Of a stretch of DNA of 64,000 nt, positions 21,802 through 35,400 are shown in pieces; positions within the stretch are counted from its first letter, which is position 1; each line of letters begins with the position of its first letter. The notes beneath the pieces are model-generated. The model searched no databases, was not told the DNA's origin, and saw only the letters and a program-made list of their open reading frames with translations. The position numbers were made by a program, and so were the translations under genes. Origin of the DNA: Anaeramoeba ignava BMAN (lineage: Eukaryota > Protista > Anaeramoebae); NCBI GenBank assembly GCA_028826165.1, contig JAPDFW010000053.1:372001-436000 (forward strand). The letters run 5' to 3'.

Positions 21802-24800
21802 ATGGAAAACATAAATCGTAAAATTAAACTTTAACATGAAACAATTAAATTCAAAAATTTTTATTGAGAAAATTTTAAAAAAAAAAAAAAAAATTTTAAT
21901 TTCAATTTTCGTTAAAAAAAAAATAACAATAAAAAAAAAAAGAAAATTTGCTTGAAAATGTAAAAAGAATTCTCAAACAAATTAATAATATATCAATTAA
22001 TCAAATTATAGAAGAATTTCTTGACTTAATAATTGGTAATTAAATATTTTTTTAAAAAGAACAAAAAAAAAGCAATAATAAAAAAAATAATTGTTTTTAA
22101 TTTCTTTCATTTTCTCGATTTAATTCAATCAGAATTTTCCAACCAAAAAAGAATAATACCTAAAAAATATGTTCCAAAATCAATTTCTATAAAAGAATTA
22201 AAAACAATTCTGAATACTTCAATTGTATGAATCATTTCACAAGTCGAAAATTCCTTTTTTTTATTTTATCAATTTAATTTTAAATTAATTTTAATTTAAT
22301 TTTATATTAATTTTAAATCAATTTTAAATCAATTTTAAATCAATTTTAATTTAATTTTAAATCAATTTTAATTTAATTTTATATTAATTTTAAATCAATT
22401 TTAATTTAATTTTATATTAATTTTAATTCAATTTTAAATCAATTTTAAATCAATTTTAAATTAATTTTAATTTAATTTTAAATTAATTTTAAATTAATTT
22501 TAATTTAATTTTAAATCAATTTTATATTAATTTTATATTAATTTTAAATTAATTTAATTTAATTTTAAATCAATTTTATATTAATTTTTAATTTAATTTT
22601 AATTTAATTTTATATTAATTTTAAATTAATTTTAATTTAATTTTAATTTAATTTTAAATCAATTTTAAATCAATTTTAATTTAATTTTATATTAATTTTA
22701 AATTAATTTTAATTTAATTTTATATTAATTTTAAATCAATTTTATATTAATTTTAAATTAATTTTTATATTAATTTTAATTTCATTTTAAATCAATTTTA
22801 TATTAATTTTATATTAATTTTAAATCAATTTTAATTTAATTTTAAATCAATTTTATATTAATTTTATATTATATTAATTTTAATTCAATTTTATATTAAT
22901 TTTAATTTAATTTTATATTAATTTTAATTTAATTTTATATTAATTTTAAATCAATTTTAATTTAATTTTATATTAATTTTAATTTAAAATTAATTTTAAA
23001 TCAATTTATATTAATTTTAATTCAATTTTATATTAATTTTATAGAGTAAAAATGATCTTTATCAACAATCAAAGATTTTATTACAACTTTCTCAAAAAGC
23101 TTCAGCTCGAAACAATACTAAAAAATCACTTCATTATATAAACCAAGCAGTAGAAGCTTTTGAAAAATATAAACACAAAAAAATACAAGAAAACAAATCA
23201 TTATCATCAAGAGAAATTTTAACTTCAATTCAAATCGCAATTCAACAAGTTGAAATTTTCAAGAAAGATGATAGATTTCAAGAAACATTTCCATTTCTAA
23301 ATAAAATCAAGAAAAAACTTAATCTTCCAAATATTCAACAATCAAATTATTATTATTCTTATTCTGCTAAAATTGAATCAGAATTTGCAAAATTTTATGA
23401 GGAAACAAATATTACATTTTCAATTAGAAATTACATAAAATCTATTTTGTTTTTTTTAGTTCATTTTATGGAGTTTCAAAATTTAAAAAAAAAAATTATT
23501 GTGATTCGAAGAACTAAAACAGAGGAGCTACAAAGAACACCACCTAATATTAAATTATTGATAACTAGTTCAAGTATTGATTTACATCATCATTCCTTTT
23601 CTTCTCTTCTTGATAAACAGAAAATTGATAAACTAGAAAAAGGAAAAAGATATATTCTGAAGAAAAAATCAAAAGATTTAAAAAATTTAAATGAATTAAA
23701 AGATTTAAATGAATCAAAAGATTTAAAAGATTTAAATGAATCAAAAGATTTAAAAGATTTAAATGAATTAAATGAATTAAAAGATTCAAATAATTTAAAT
23801 AATTTAAAAGAATCAAAAGATTTAAATGATTCAAATAATTTAAATGATTTAAATAATCAAAGAAAATTAAAAGATTCAAATAATTTAAATGAATTAAATA
23901 ATCAAAGAAAATTAAAAGATATTATAATCAGTAGAAATGATGATTGCTTAATTTTTACAACAAATATTCATCAACTCGGCCTTTTATTATCAAATTCTTT
24001 AAATTTTTCTTTAGATAAACAAAAAATTTATTCTTTCTTTTGTTTTGGATTAGAAATGGCAGAAAATTTGAATAATTTTGATTTGATAAATTTATTCAAT
24101 GAAAAAATATCAAAAAAACAAATAGAAAAAGTAACAAAAAAAAAATTTATTTAAATAGTTAAGTTCAATTAAATTAATTTTTTTTTAATTTAAAAAAAAA
24201 CACATTTATATATTGAAGCAAAAAAATATAGATCTTGGAATACAAGATCAAAAGGATCAACAACTATCATTTTTAAATCAAAATAATAATAGTAAAAATA
24301 GTTGGAAAGGATCTCCAGATCTTCATGAATTAAAACATCACCGTAAAGAAATGTCCGAATTCTTTCTTGATTTTGTAAAATATTTAAAAGAAAAAAAAAG
24401 CACAACTATAAATTTAATAATTTTGTTTATTGGAAAAAAAAAATGAAATAAAAAATAGTTAAATATTGATCAACTCACGACTGAAAATAATATCCCTTCA
24501 AAATGTAAATTAATCAGACACCAATCTGTTGTGAATGATCAATGGAAATTTCAAAAAAAAGATGATTCAGATAAAACTCATGAAATTTTATCAAATATCA
24601 AAACATATACAGTTTTAAATAACATTTGGATCAAAAATTTAGTATCCAAATATGAAAGATATTTTATTCAATTTTCAAATCAAATCAAGAATGTGAATAT
24701 TATTAAAAAATCATCATCTTTCGAGAAATTTACAAGTGAATGGTATTTATATTTTGATGAAATGATATGGAAAATGGTTCAATTTGAAGTTGGAGAAAAA

Positions 24801-27800
24801 ATATTGGAGCAAATAACAAAATATTATTTCTCAGAAATTGAAGATTTTTCCAATAAGCAGCAAAAAGATGAATCGTTAGCATCAGCTTCATATAATATTC
24901 TTCATAATGTTAGTTTGGGAGTAAAACCAAAAGTTTTTTGGAAAGCAGTGAACATTTTGGGCAAGATTTGTGAAGAGTATCATCTGATCAGATTAAATAT
25001 TTTGATAAATGAATACAGATCACATAATTATGAAGAAACTCAAGAAACTGAATTTCAAGAAATCACGCAAGAATATTTAGGTATAGTTAATGATACAAAA
25101 GGGAAATTCAAGAAAAATCAAAGCTTAGAATGTAAATGAAAATTTGAAACAACAAAAAAATTGAGTTTTTTTTGGAATTAAAAAAATGTTTAAATTAATT
25201 TTAATGTTGAAAAAAATATTCTAGATTTATTGGTTTATGCATCATCTCTTGTGGATTTACACATGCATCTCGTTGGAATATCGCCTTTAACATCTGAGAA
25301 TCGCATTTCGTCAGAAACACAGAGCACATCACATGAAAAACCCATTTCTTCAATGAAATTTACCTTATATACCAATAATATTCAGAGAAAATTGCAACAC
25401 AAATTAATTGCGGATTCAAATTATCGAATTAATAAAATGTATTATGTTTTTTCCAGAATAACAAGTTTTTCAGCAAAGATAACAGGGGAAGAAAAAAGAA
25501 GAAGTTATGAAATGAAAGCAAAAGTTTCATATGCACTTGGAATGCATTATTTTACAAATGAAAATTTTGCGAAATCGCTGCAATTTTTATGCGAAGCAAT
25601 TTATTTATTGGATGAAATTAGTTATATGGAAAATGATCCTAAATCAACGAATAAACTTTTTTTGTTTAGTAATTTGGGGAGGATGGCGATGATCAATTAT
25701 GGATATTCGCTATTGGCAAATAACAGATATGAAGAAGGAATAATAGTTTTTGAGGGTGTGATCAAAATATGGGAAATGAAAGGCAAAATGAAGGATTCAT
25801 TACTGCTTCGAAAATTAGCAATTTTATGCAAGGAAAATCACGACTGGAAACGATCGTTGAAATATTATGTTGTGATTCTTGAAGAAGCAAAGAAGAAGCA
25901 CAAAACCAATGAGATCATATTTGTATCCGAAATTATAAGCTCGATATTAATTGAAAGAGGGTATTATCGCGCCGCAGAAAAATACTTGCTTCTGGCAGCA
26001 TCGTATTTAAAACCCGTTCGTTCCATTTCAAGCAAAACAAACCAGCAAAAGTTGGATTCAAAATATATTGCAATCCAGTTGAAAATAGCCAAGCTAAACA
26101 CAACAGGATTAAATGTGGAAAGAGCAATCGCACTTCTTGAGGATATTTCACATACTTTGCTAACTCGCAGCCAAAAAGCTCATATAATGCTTCTTCTGGC
26201 ACGATCTTACTTGAAAAAACGATGGACAAAGGAAGGAATACAAGTTCTACGAATGCATGAAAGAGAAAAAATGATTTCAATAACATCGGAATCATTGTTC
26301 TCATCGCCAAATTCAGCAAAACTTGAAGAAAGAAAGCTTGAATTCCAAGCAGAATATTCACTTAAAACCCCTAATCATCCATATAAATTCTACCAACTCA
26401 AAAAAGAGATGCATTTTGTCGAGCTCACCTCCCAATTCTGTTTATACTCTTCACGTTTTGGAGATGCTCTTTATTGGGTTTCTGTTGGACTTTCCTATAT
26501 CCCCAAGGAAAACTTAGGCACTCTTAGCCGATACCATTTGCTCAAAGGCAAAATTCTCCAACATGTTCTTATGCCTTCTTTGTGGTATCCAGATCTTCAA
26601 GAGGTTTTTCATATGTCTTTTGATCCCAAAACTACAAAGAAGTTTGGCAAAAACATTCCCATTTTTCTCGATTCATCGGAAACAAAGAAGACAATAGGAA
26701 ATATCATGAATGAATGTTTGCTTTCTTTTTATTGCGCTGCAGATCTTTTCAGAGCATCAGGAAACGAGCACAAAGTCTCGAGTGCTCTATCTCGAGTTTC
26801 GCAAACAATTTTGGAAAGAATTTTCCCTCCAATAGCATTTCTCAAATCAAGTTTCAGAAGAGTTTCACTTCTTCCATTTTCTCAGAATTTGATCAAGAGA
26901 AAGATTGCGATTGTTGAGCAAGATTTGCCAAGTGAATCCTGCCAAATATCACTTTCTGAACTTGAGAGGATGATCCACACAACAATGACAACAGCATCTT
27001 TAATTTCAGATCCGGTTCAGCTTTTAAACTCATATCTCGACTTCTCTGAATTAAAATACATCCAAAAAAATCAGAAATTGGCTTATTTATATTGGACAGA
27101 ATGTCGGAACATGTTTTTCAGATTATTTATGAAGGGCGACTTTTGCATTCTTATCAAGCATGCTCCGTTTTTTTTCTTGAATAAATTGTACCAAATAATT
27201 AAACGATTGTCCAGATTGCTTTTTTGTTGGTCGCCTGATATTATTAATGAGAATTTGATCATTTTTGATGCTTATATCCGCTTCCAAATGGATCTTGATA
27301 TTGCTCAAGGAAGAAGTGTTAATTCTGTTGGTGCTATTTTCGGTTCATATCAACTTGAGGAATTCTCATCACCAATATCCGATGAAAAAAATCGACGAAG
27401 AAGTTATAGTGTGCGTATCCGTCTGAATCCACAAAAAAGAATAAACGAGCTTCAAGGAGAAAATCTCTTTTCAAAATCAAATGAAAAAACTATAAACAAT
27501 CAAAAACAAATTGATTTAACAAACGAAATTAAACCTAAATCAAAATCAAAATCAAAATCAAAATCAAAATCAAATTCAAGATCTATATCAAGAGACATAA
27601 AAGAATCACAAAAATTAAATTCAAGATCAAGATCAAAATCAAATTCAAGATCAAAATCAATTTCAAGAGAATCAAGAATATCAAAAGAATCAAAAATATC
27701 AGAATCAAATGATTCAGAATCAATTTCCATTTCAAAATCAAACTCAAATGATGCCATTGAGGCACAGACAACCCAAGCAAAACCAAATACAAATCAGCCT

Positions 27801-30098
27801 CTTAAAGCTCAACTGATGGAAACAAATTCGAAAATACGACTTTTGAGAAAAGAAAAATTTGAGAAAAATAATAATAATAAAGTTCCTAATTATGGAAAAG
27901 TTTCAGCTCATGCATCTCCAAGAGCTCAGCAGAAAATAATTCATTCACCCAAAAAATTACAAAATACACCAAAAGAACTGAATCTGAAATTATCTCAAGA
28001 TACAACTAGTATATCACACCGAAATCATCCACTTTCACCCAAAATTATTGGAGATCGAAGAAAAACAGTCTCTTTAAATTTCTCAGGTTCTCCACAAAAT
28101 TTTCTTCTTGATGAAATTCCAAAACAAAAATCGGAAAGAAACATTACAGAATCCAATATCAATCCTGAAACAACATGGAGAGAAAGCATTCATTCTCTAT
28201 TTGTCAGCCAAAATCGCTCCATTTCTTTGGTTGATTCACTTTCTCAAAACCATCTATTATTCCCAACAATTTCATCAGGCAATTCTGTTATTCCAAGCAA
28301 CGAAGAAATTGAGAGATTACTCAATGAAGGAAATTCAACCGAACAAATTTGGAGCTCAATTGCATCTTTGAAAATTAACCAGAAACATTTCTATTCAGGG
28401 CATTTAACAAAGGAATTTATTATCAATGAAAACCAGCAATTAATCAAGAAAATAATTTCAATAACACAATCAAAAATGCAAAAATTAAATTTGGATAATA
28501 GCATAAAAAAAGATCAGGCAAAAGAAAACGCAAACGAAAAGAATATTTTCAAAACTCAACTGGAAAACTCTCAAAATAGTGATAATTTTTGGAGCAATAA
28601 CTTTTCGCATTATTTTTATAACCCAAAAAACATGTCAAAAACCCCAATTATTTATTTACTGTTGATTGACGATCTTTTCTTCATTTATTCTCCTCAATAT
28701 AAGAAACTTGAATTCACACTTTTGGGAGGAAGACGTTTTTCTGAGTTGTATTCAGATAAAGATATAAAGGAGGCAAATCAAGAGCAAAAAAAAGAGGAAA
28801 TCAAGAAACCGCAATCACCTCCCAAAAATAGCGAGAAGATTCTTGATTTAACAACAGCACCCAAAAGACATATTCCTTTGGTTGATAGATTTCGCAAATT
28901 CTCTGAAGAAAATGAAGACGATGAGATCATTATCGTTCACCCATCAAACAACTCAAGACTCAGCCAAGAAATACCTTCTCAGAAAGAGAAAGAAGAAGAA
29001 GAAGAGAAAAAGTTTGATGAAGATCCAACAATTAAATTCCCTCTGGATCTGCTTTTTTTCTTGAAGAATTTGATCCACCAAGAAGAAAAAACATCTCCTA
29101 AATTTTTACCTACAAACCCAGTTTATTTGAAGTTGTTCCAAAAATGTTTTAAGAAAGTATCCGATTTCATTTCGAATGTCAAAATACATCAAGAAATTTG
29201 GGGCGACATCAACGAAAATAACGAAGAAAAAACGGAAATAAATTCAGAAGATAACAACAATGAGAAAAAATCTCACCGATTTTTCTCGTTGCTTAGAAGC
29301 CACAAGAAGATGAATTACAAAAAATTAATGAGCAGTTTTTCTTTATCAAATTCACCTATCCGTTTGGTATGTCCCAAATGGCTTCAAGTGCTTCCTTTTG
29401 AGTTTCTTTTTCCGGAAGAAAATATTATCCGTGGATATTCATTCAATCGGAATTCAACTCGTGTTCATGGGAATCAGCAAGAAAAATCAAATAAAACCAA
29501 CAATCAAAAAACAAACGAGAAGAATTTCCGATTCTTTTGTTTTTATTGTCCTCCTGAAAATGTGGAAAATTTAATGCGTGAAGAAACATATCGAAAAGAG
29601 GAACTTTCGAAAGAATTGGTTTTGAATTTGAATCATTATTCACAACCTTTGGATATGGGGAAAGAGAAGCAAAATTCGCCTCCGTTTCATTCTTCTATAT
29701 TAAAATATGGTTCTACAGGATATTCTCTTCGCAAAAAATATCCATTTGTAACGTTTATTGACACAAGTTTATTTCTTTATAATTTTCGGAAATTTTCGGA
29801 AATTATTGATTCTTATTTGGATGTTTCAGAAATTCCAATTATTTTGGTTTCTTTAGCTGATATTATTAAAAATACTGAATTGATGAATTTTCTGTTTAGT
29901 CAAGATATTCAATATTCTGTTATTGCAATTCCTGATTCGAAACTTATTGAAGCGATTAAAATTATTCATAATATTGAGAAAGCTTCAAGAAAGCAAAATG
30001 ATCAAAAAACGATTTTAGAAAAAATGTTATTTTTAGCACATTTTTTAAGAACAAGATTTTCTATACCAATTTATGTTTTTACATCATCAAATTTTTAA
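21802..30098 (+). CDS. Very large (>2300 aa) TPR-like helical-repeat protein with CHAT-like C-terminal motif
   Basis: Hand-joined in-frame exons 21802-21817, 21943-~22036, ~22133-22224, 23045-24130, 24219-24373, 24459-25131, 25225-30098. TPR-like helices (YALGMHYF..FAKSLQFLCEAI; RGYYRAAEKYLLLA); C-terminal IRLVCPKWLQVLPFEFL. The 5' exons are less certain. Confidence 0.65.
22260..23040 (+). repeat. Intronic (TTAATTTTAAA/TCAATTTTAAA/TTAATTTTATA)n satellite
   Basis: Direct reading; intron 22225-23044. Confidence 0.9.
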
Positions 30099-30703
30099 TA
30101 ACAACAATATGAAATTTTTATTGAAATTTTTAATTTGAATTTTTATTAAATTTTTAATTAAATTATTAAATTTTTAATTGAATTTTGAATTAAATTTATT
30201 AATGGAAACGGAATTAAATTTTGGATTGAATTTTGGATTGAATTTTGAATTGAATTTTGAATTGAATTTTGAATTGAATTATGAATTTTGGATTAAAATT
30301 TGAATTGAATTTATTAATGAAATTTTTATTGAATTTTTAATTGAACTTTTGAATTGAATTTTTATTAAATTTTTAATTTGAATTTTTATTAAATTTTTAA
30401 TTAATTAAATTTTGGGTTGAATTTTGGATTGAATTTTGAATTAAATTTTAATTTGAATTTTGAATTAAATTTTGAATTGAATTTTTAATTAAATTTTGAA
30501 TTTTATTTTTATTAAAATTTGAATTAAATTTTTTAATGAAAACGGAATTGAAATTTTGAGTTTTATTTCTTTTTTTAATTTCGAAAAAAAAAAGAAATTG
30601 AATTGAATTTTTAATTGGATTTTGAATTGAATTTTGAATTAAATTTTGGATTGAATTTTGGATTAAATTTTGAATTGAATTTTGAATTGAATTGAATTTT
30701 GAA

Positions 30704-32330
30704 TTAAACCAATTTCGCAATAATTTTGCCATGAACATGTCTAGCTTTCAAACAATTCAAAATACTCAGGAATTTCTTCCAATTTAATAGTTTTAAAATC
30801 AGGAGAAGAAATCTTTTTTTCTTTCAACCAATTAACCATAGTTTTAGCAATAAAGCCAAGTTCATGAAGAGCAAGTTCATCAGCAGTATAAGCCCAACCA
30901 AGGGCACATGAAGAGACAGACTTTGCCTCAAACATTGGAGGAAGAGCTTTTGGTGGGGAAGCTATGTAGCAAAGCTTGCCTCCAAAACATAGAGCATTGA
31001 GACCCTCAGTTGTCGAGTCTTGTCCAACAAGATCAATAAATGCATCTACTCCTCTTCCTTTTGTAATCTCCTTCGCCCGCTTTGTAATGTCCTCTGTGTT
31101 GTAATCAATCACATGATCTGCCCCGAGCTTCCGCACATAATCTGCGTGATTTGGACTACATGTCCCGATAACTTCACAATTGCAGATTTTCTTGCTAATT
31201 TGTAAGCAATATCCTCCAACTCCTCCTGCTGCTCCATTGATTAATACTACCTTTCGCTTTGTCTCGTCTTCGTTAGATCGATTATCCCATTCAGGTTGGT
31301 TTTGAAGTACACAGTTCTTGATACAACAAATATATGCTGTAAATCCTGCTGTTGGAAGACATGCTGCTTCTTCAAATGTTACTTCTTCGGGTATTTTTGC
31401 TGCTACTATTGCTTTACAAACTGCAAATTCTGCAAATCCTCCTCGACTTAAATTATTTGAATTAATAATTAAATCAATTATTAAATTAATAATTAAATCA
31501 AATATAATTAAATCAATTATTATAAAAATTAAATCAATTAAATTAAATAAATAAATATATTTAAATTATTATTTAAATATATTTAAATCAATATTTAAAA
31601 ATATAATTTAAATCAAATATATTTAAATCAAATACTTAAATCAATATATTTAAATTAATATTTAAATAAATATATTTAAATCATTTAAATATTTAAATTA
31701 AAATTTAAATTATATTTAAATCAAATATATTTAAATCAAATATATTTAAATCAAATATATTTAAATCAAATATATTTAAATCAAATATATTTAAATTAAA
31801 TATATTTAAATCAATAAATATATTTAAATCAATATATTTAAATCAAATATAATTAAATCAATATATTTAAATCAAATATAATTATAAATCAATTATTTAA
31901 ATCAAATATATTTAAATCAAATATATTTAAATTAATATATTTAAATTAAATATTTAAATCAATATATTTAAATCAAAATTAAAATAATTTAAATTAAATA
32001 ATTAAATTATGATCAAAATTAATATTAATTGGAAAAAAGCAAAAAAAATAACAATTACGTAAATAAAGAACCATGATAGTAAATTCTATCCCCCTTTTGG
32101 AAATCTTTTACTTTTTCTCCAATTTCTTCAACAACACCAGAAACATCTAAACCAAGAATATGAGGAAATTTCCAAGTTGTTTGTGGCCAACTTACTAATT
32201 TATAATCAACAGGATTCAATGCAACACAATGAACTTTTACTAATAATTCATCTTCTTTTGGAACAGGTTTTTCAAAATCATTAACAACTTTTGGTTTTTC
32301 ATTTGCTTTTTCTAATATTAATGCTTTCAT
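30704..32330 (-). CDS. MDR-superfamily NAD(P)-dependent oxidoreductase (quinone/enoyl reductase-like, MDR5-like); apparent 1-nt frameshift near the C-terminus
   Basis: Exons 32330-32059 and 31446-30704. Motifs VALNPVDYK, GLDVSGVV, YHGSLFTRGGFAEF, AACLPTAGFTAY, INGAAGGVGGY, LGADHVIDY, GRGVDAFID. The conserved end LKARHVHGKIIAKLV* lies in a shifted frame past TAG 30741. Confidence 0.9.
31455..32000 (+). repeat. Intronic (ATATATTTAAATCAA)n-like satellite
   Basis: Fills intron 31447-32058. Confidence 0.85.
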
Positions 32331-32462
32331 TTTAATTTCACTTTTTGCTTTTCCCTTTTTTTTTTGTGATTGAAAAAAAATGAAAAAAATAAATTTCCAT
32401 AATTTTTTTTTCATTTTTTTTTTCATTTTAAAATAAAATAAAATAAAATCCAACTAAGGAAA

Positions 32463-35400
32463 ATGAATTTTTTGGAACTTTTTCAAAATACAAATTTAAC
32501 TCAAATTAATAATTTAATTATTGAAAAAGAAATTAATATAAATTCTAAAAACAAAAATAATGAAAATGCTTTACATTTTATTTGCAAATATCAAAAAGAA
32601 AACTTAATTGAACTTATTAAATTTCTAATTGAAAAAGAAATTGATATAAATGCTAAAAACAAAAATAATGAAAATGCTTTACATTATATTTGCAAATATC
32701 AAAAAGAAAATTTAATTGAACTTATTAAATTTCTAATTGAAAAAGGAATTGATATAAATGCTAAAAACAAAAATAATGAAAATGCTTTACATTATATTTG
32801 CAAAAATCAATATCAAAATCAAAATTTAATTGAACTTATTAAATTTCTAATTGAAAAAGGAATTAATATAAATTCTAAAAACAATAATGATGAAACTGCT
32901 TTACATTATATTTGTCAATATCAAAATCAAAATTTAATTGAACTTATTAATTTTCTAATTGAAAAAGGAATTGATATAAATTCTAAAAATAATAATAATG
33001 AAAATGCTTTACATTATATTTGTCAATATCAAAATCAAAACTTAATTGAACTTATTAATTTTCTAATTGAAAAAGGAATTGATATAAATTCTAAAAACAA
33101 AAATAATGAAAATGCTTTACATTATATTTGTCAATATCAAAAAGAAAACTTAATTGAACTTATTAAATTTCTAATTGAAAAAGGAATTAATATAAATTCT
33201 AAAAATAAAAAAAATGAAACTGCTTTACATTATATTTGTCAATATCAAAATCAAAATTTAATTGAACTTATTAATTTTCTAATTGAAAAAGGAATTAATA
33301 TAAATGCAAAAACTAGAAATAAAAATGCTTTACATTTTATTTGTCAATATCAAAATCAAAACAAAAATTTTTTCAGAATTATTAACTTTCTAATTGAAAA
33401 AGGAATTGATATAAATGTTAAGAATCAAAAAAAAGAAACAATTTTGCTTTTTTCTAGTAAATATCAAAATGAAAACTTAATTGAACTTATCAAGTTTTTT
33501 ATTGAAAAAGGAATTGATATAAATTCTAAAAACAAAAATAATGAAACTGCTTTACATTTTATTTGCAAAAATCAAAAAGAAAACTTAATTGAACTTATTA
33601 ATTTTCTAATTGAAAAAGGAATTAATATAAATTCTAAAAATAAAAAGAAAGAAACTGCTTTACATTTTATTTGCAAAAATCAAAATGAGAATTTAATTGA
33701 AGTTACTAAATTTCTAATTGAAAAAGGAATTTAATATAAATGCTAAAAACAAAAATAATGAAAATGCTTTACATTTTATTTGCAAAAATCAATATCAAAA
33801 AGAAAACTTAATTGAACTTATCAAGTTTTTTATTGAAAAAGGAATTGATATAAATGCTAAAAACAAAAATAATGAAACTGCTTTACATTTTATTTGTCAA
33901 TATCAAAAAGAAAACATAATTGAAATTATTAAATTTCTAATTGAAAAAGGAATTGATATAAATGCAAAAACAAAATATAGAAATCAAACTGCTTTACATT
34001 TTATTTGCAAAAATCAATATCAAAAAGAAAACTTAATTGAAATTATTAACTTTCTAATTGAAAAAGGAATTGATATAAATTCTAAAAATAATAATAATGA
34101 AAATGCTTTACATTTCATTTGCAAAAATCAAAAAGAAAATTTAATTGAAGTTACTAAATTTCTAATTGAAAAAGGAATTGATATAAATGCAAAAACAAAA
34201 TATAGAAATCAATCTGCTTTACATTTTATTTGCAAAAATCAATATCAAAAAGAAAACTTAATTGAACTTATTAACTTTCTAATTGAAAAAGGAATTGATA
34301 TAAATGCTAAAAACAAAAATAATGAAACTGCTTTACATTATATTTGTCAATATCAAAAAGAAAACTTAATTGAAATTATTAACTTTCTAATTGAAAAAGG
34401 AATTGATATAAATTCTAAAAATAATAATAATGAAACTGCTTTATATTATATTTTTCAATATCAAAAAGAAAACTTAATTGAAATTATTAACTTACTAATT
34501 GAAAAAGGAATTGATATAAATGCTAAAAATAATAATAATGAAACTGCTTTACATTATATTTTTCAATATCAAAAAGAAAATTTAATTGAAATTATTAACT
34601 TTCTAATTGAAAAAGGAATTGATATAAATGCTAAAAACAAAAATAATGAAAATGCTTTACATTCTATTTGCAAAAATCAAAATCAAAAAGAAAACTTAAT
34701 TGAAGTTACTAAATTTCTAATTGAAAAAGGAATTGATATAAATGCAAAAAATAATAATAATGAAACTGCTTTACATTATATTTGTCAATATCACACTCAA
34801 AATCAAAATTTAATTAAAATTATTAACTTTCTAATTGAAAAAGGAATTGATATAAATGCTAAAAATAATAATGACGAAAATGCTTTACATTCTATTTGCA
34901 AACAGAAAATCCAAAGCCAAAACTTGGTTGAAGTAATTAAATTTTTTATTGAAAAAGGAATTGATATAAATGAAAGGATAAAATTTACAAAACAGACTTA
35001 CTTAGATCTTATTTGTAGACATCAAATTCAAAAAGAAATATTGTATAAATTGATTAATTTATTTATTGAAAAAGGATTCGATATCAATTCCAGAAACAAT
35101 CAAAACGAAACCATTTTACATCTTATTTGCCGAAACCAAAAAAAAGATTTAATTGAAATTATTAAATTACTTATTGAAAAAGGAATTGATATCAATCTAA
35201 AAACAATTGGAAACCAAACAGCTTTACATATTATTTGTCAATATCAAAATCAAACCTCAAATTTGTTTGAAATTATCAAATTACTTATTGAAAATGGTGT
35301 CAATATAAATGAAAAATCATATCAAGGATCATTCTTGCATTATGTTTGCAAATTTCAGAAACGAAATCCAAAATTTATTGAAATTATCAAGTTATTAATC

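Noticed and set aside
33720-33740. Frameshift splitting the ankyrin-BTB gene (programmed frameshift or pseudogene?)
   Set aside because: One extra T relative to the repeat consensus GGAATTAAT inside a highly repetitive region; most simply a long-read consensus indel. Needs a short-read check.
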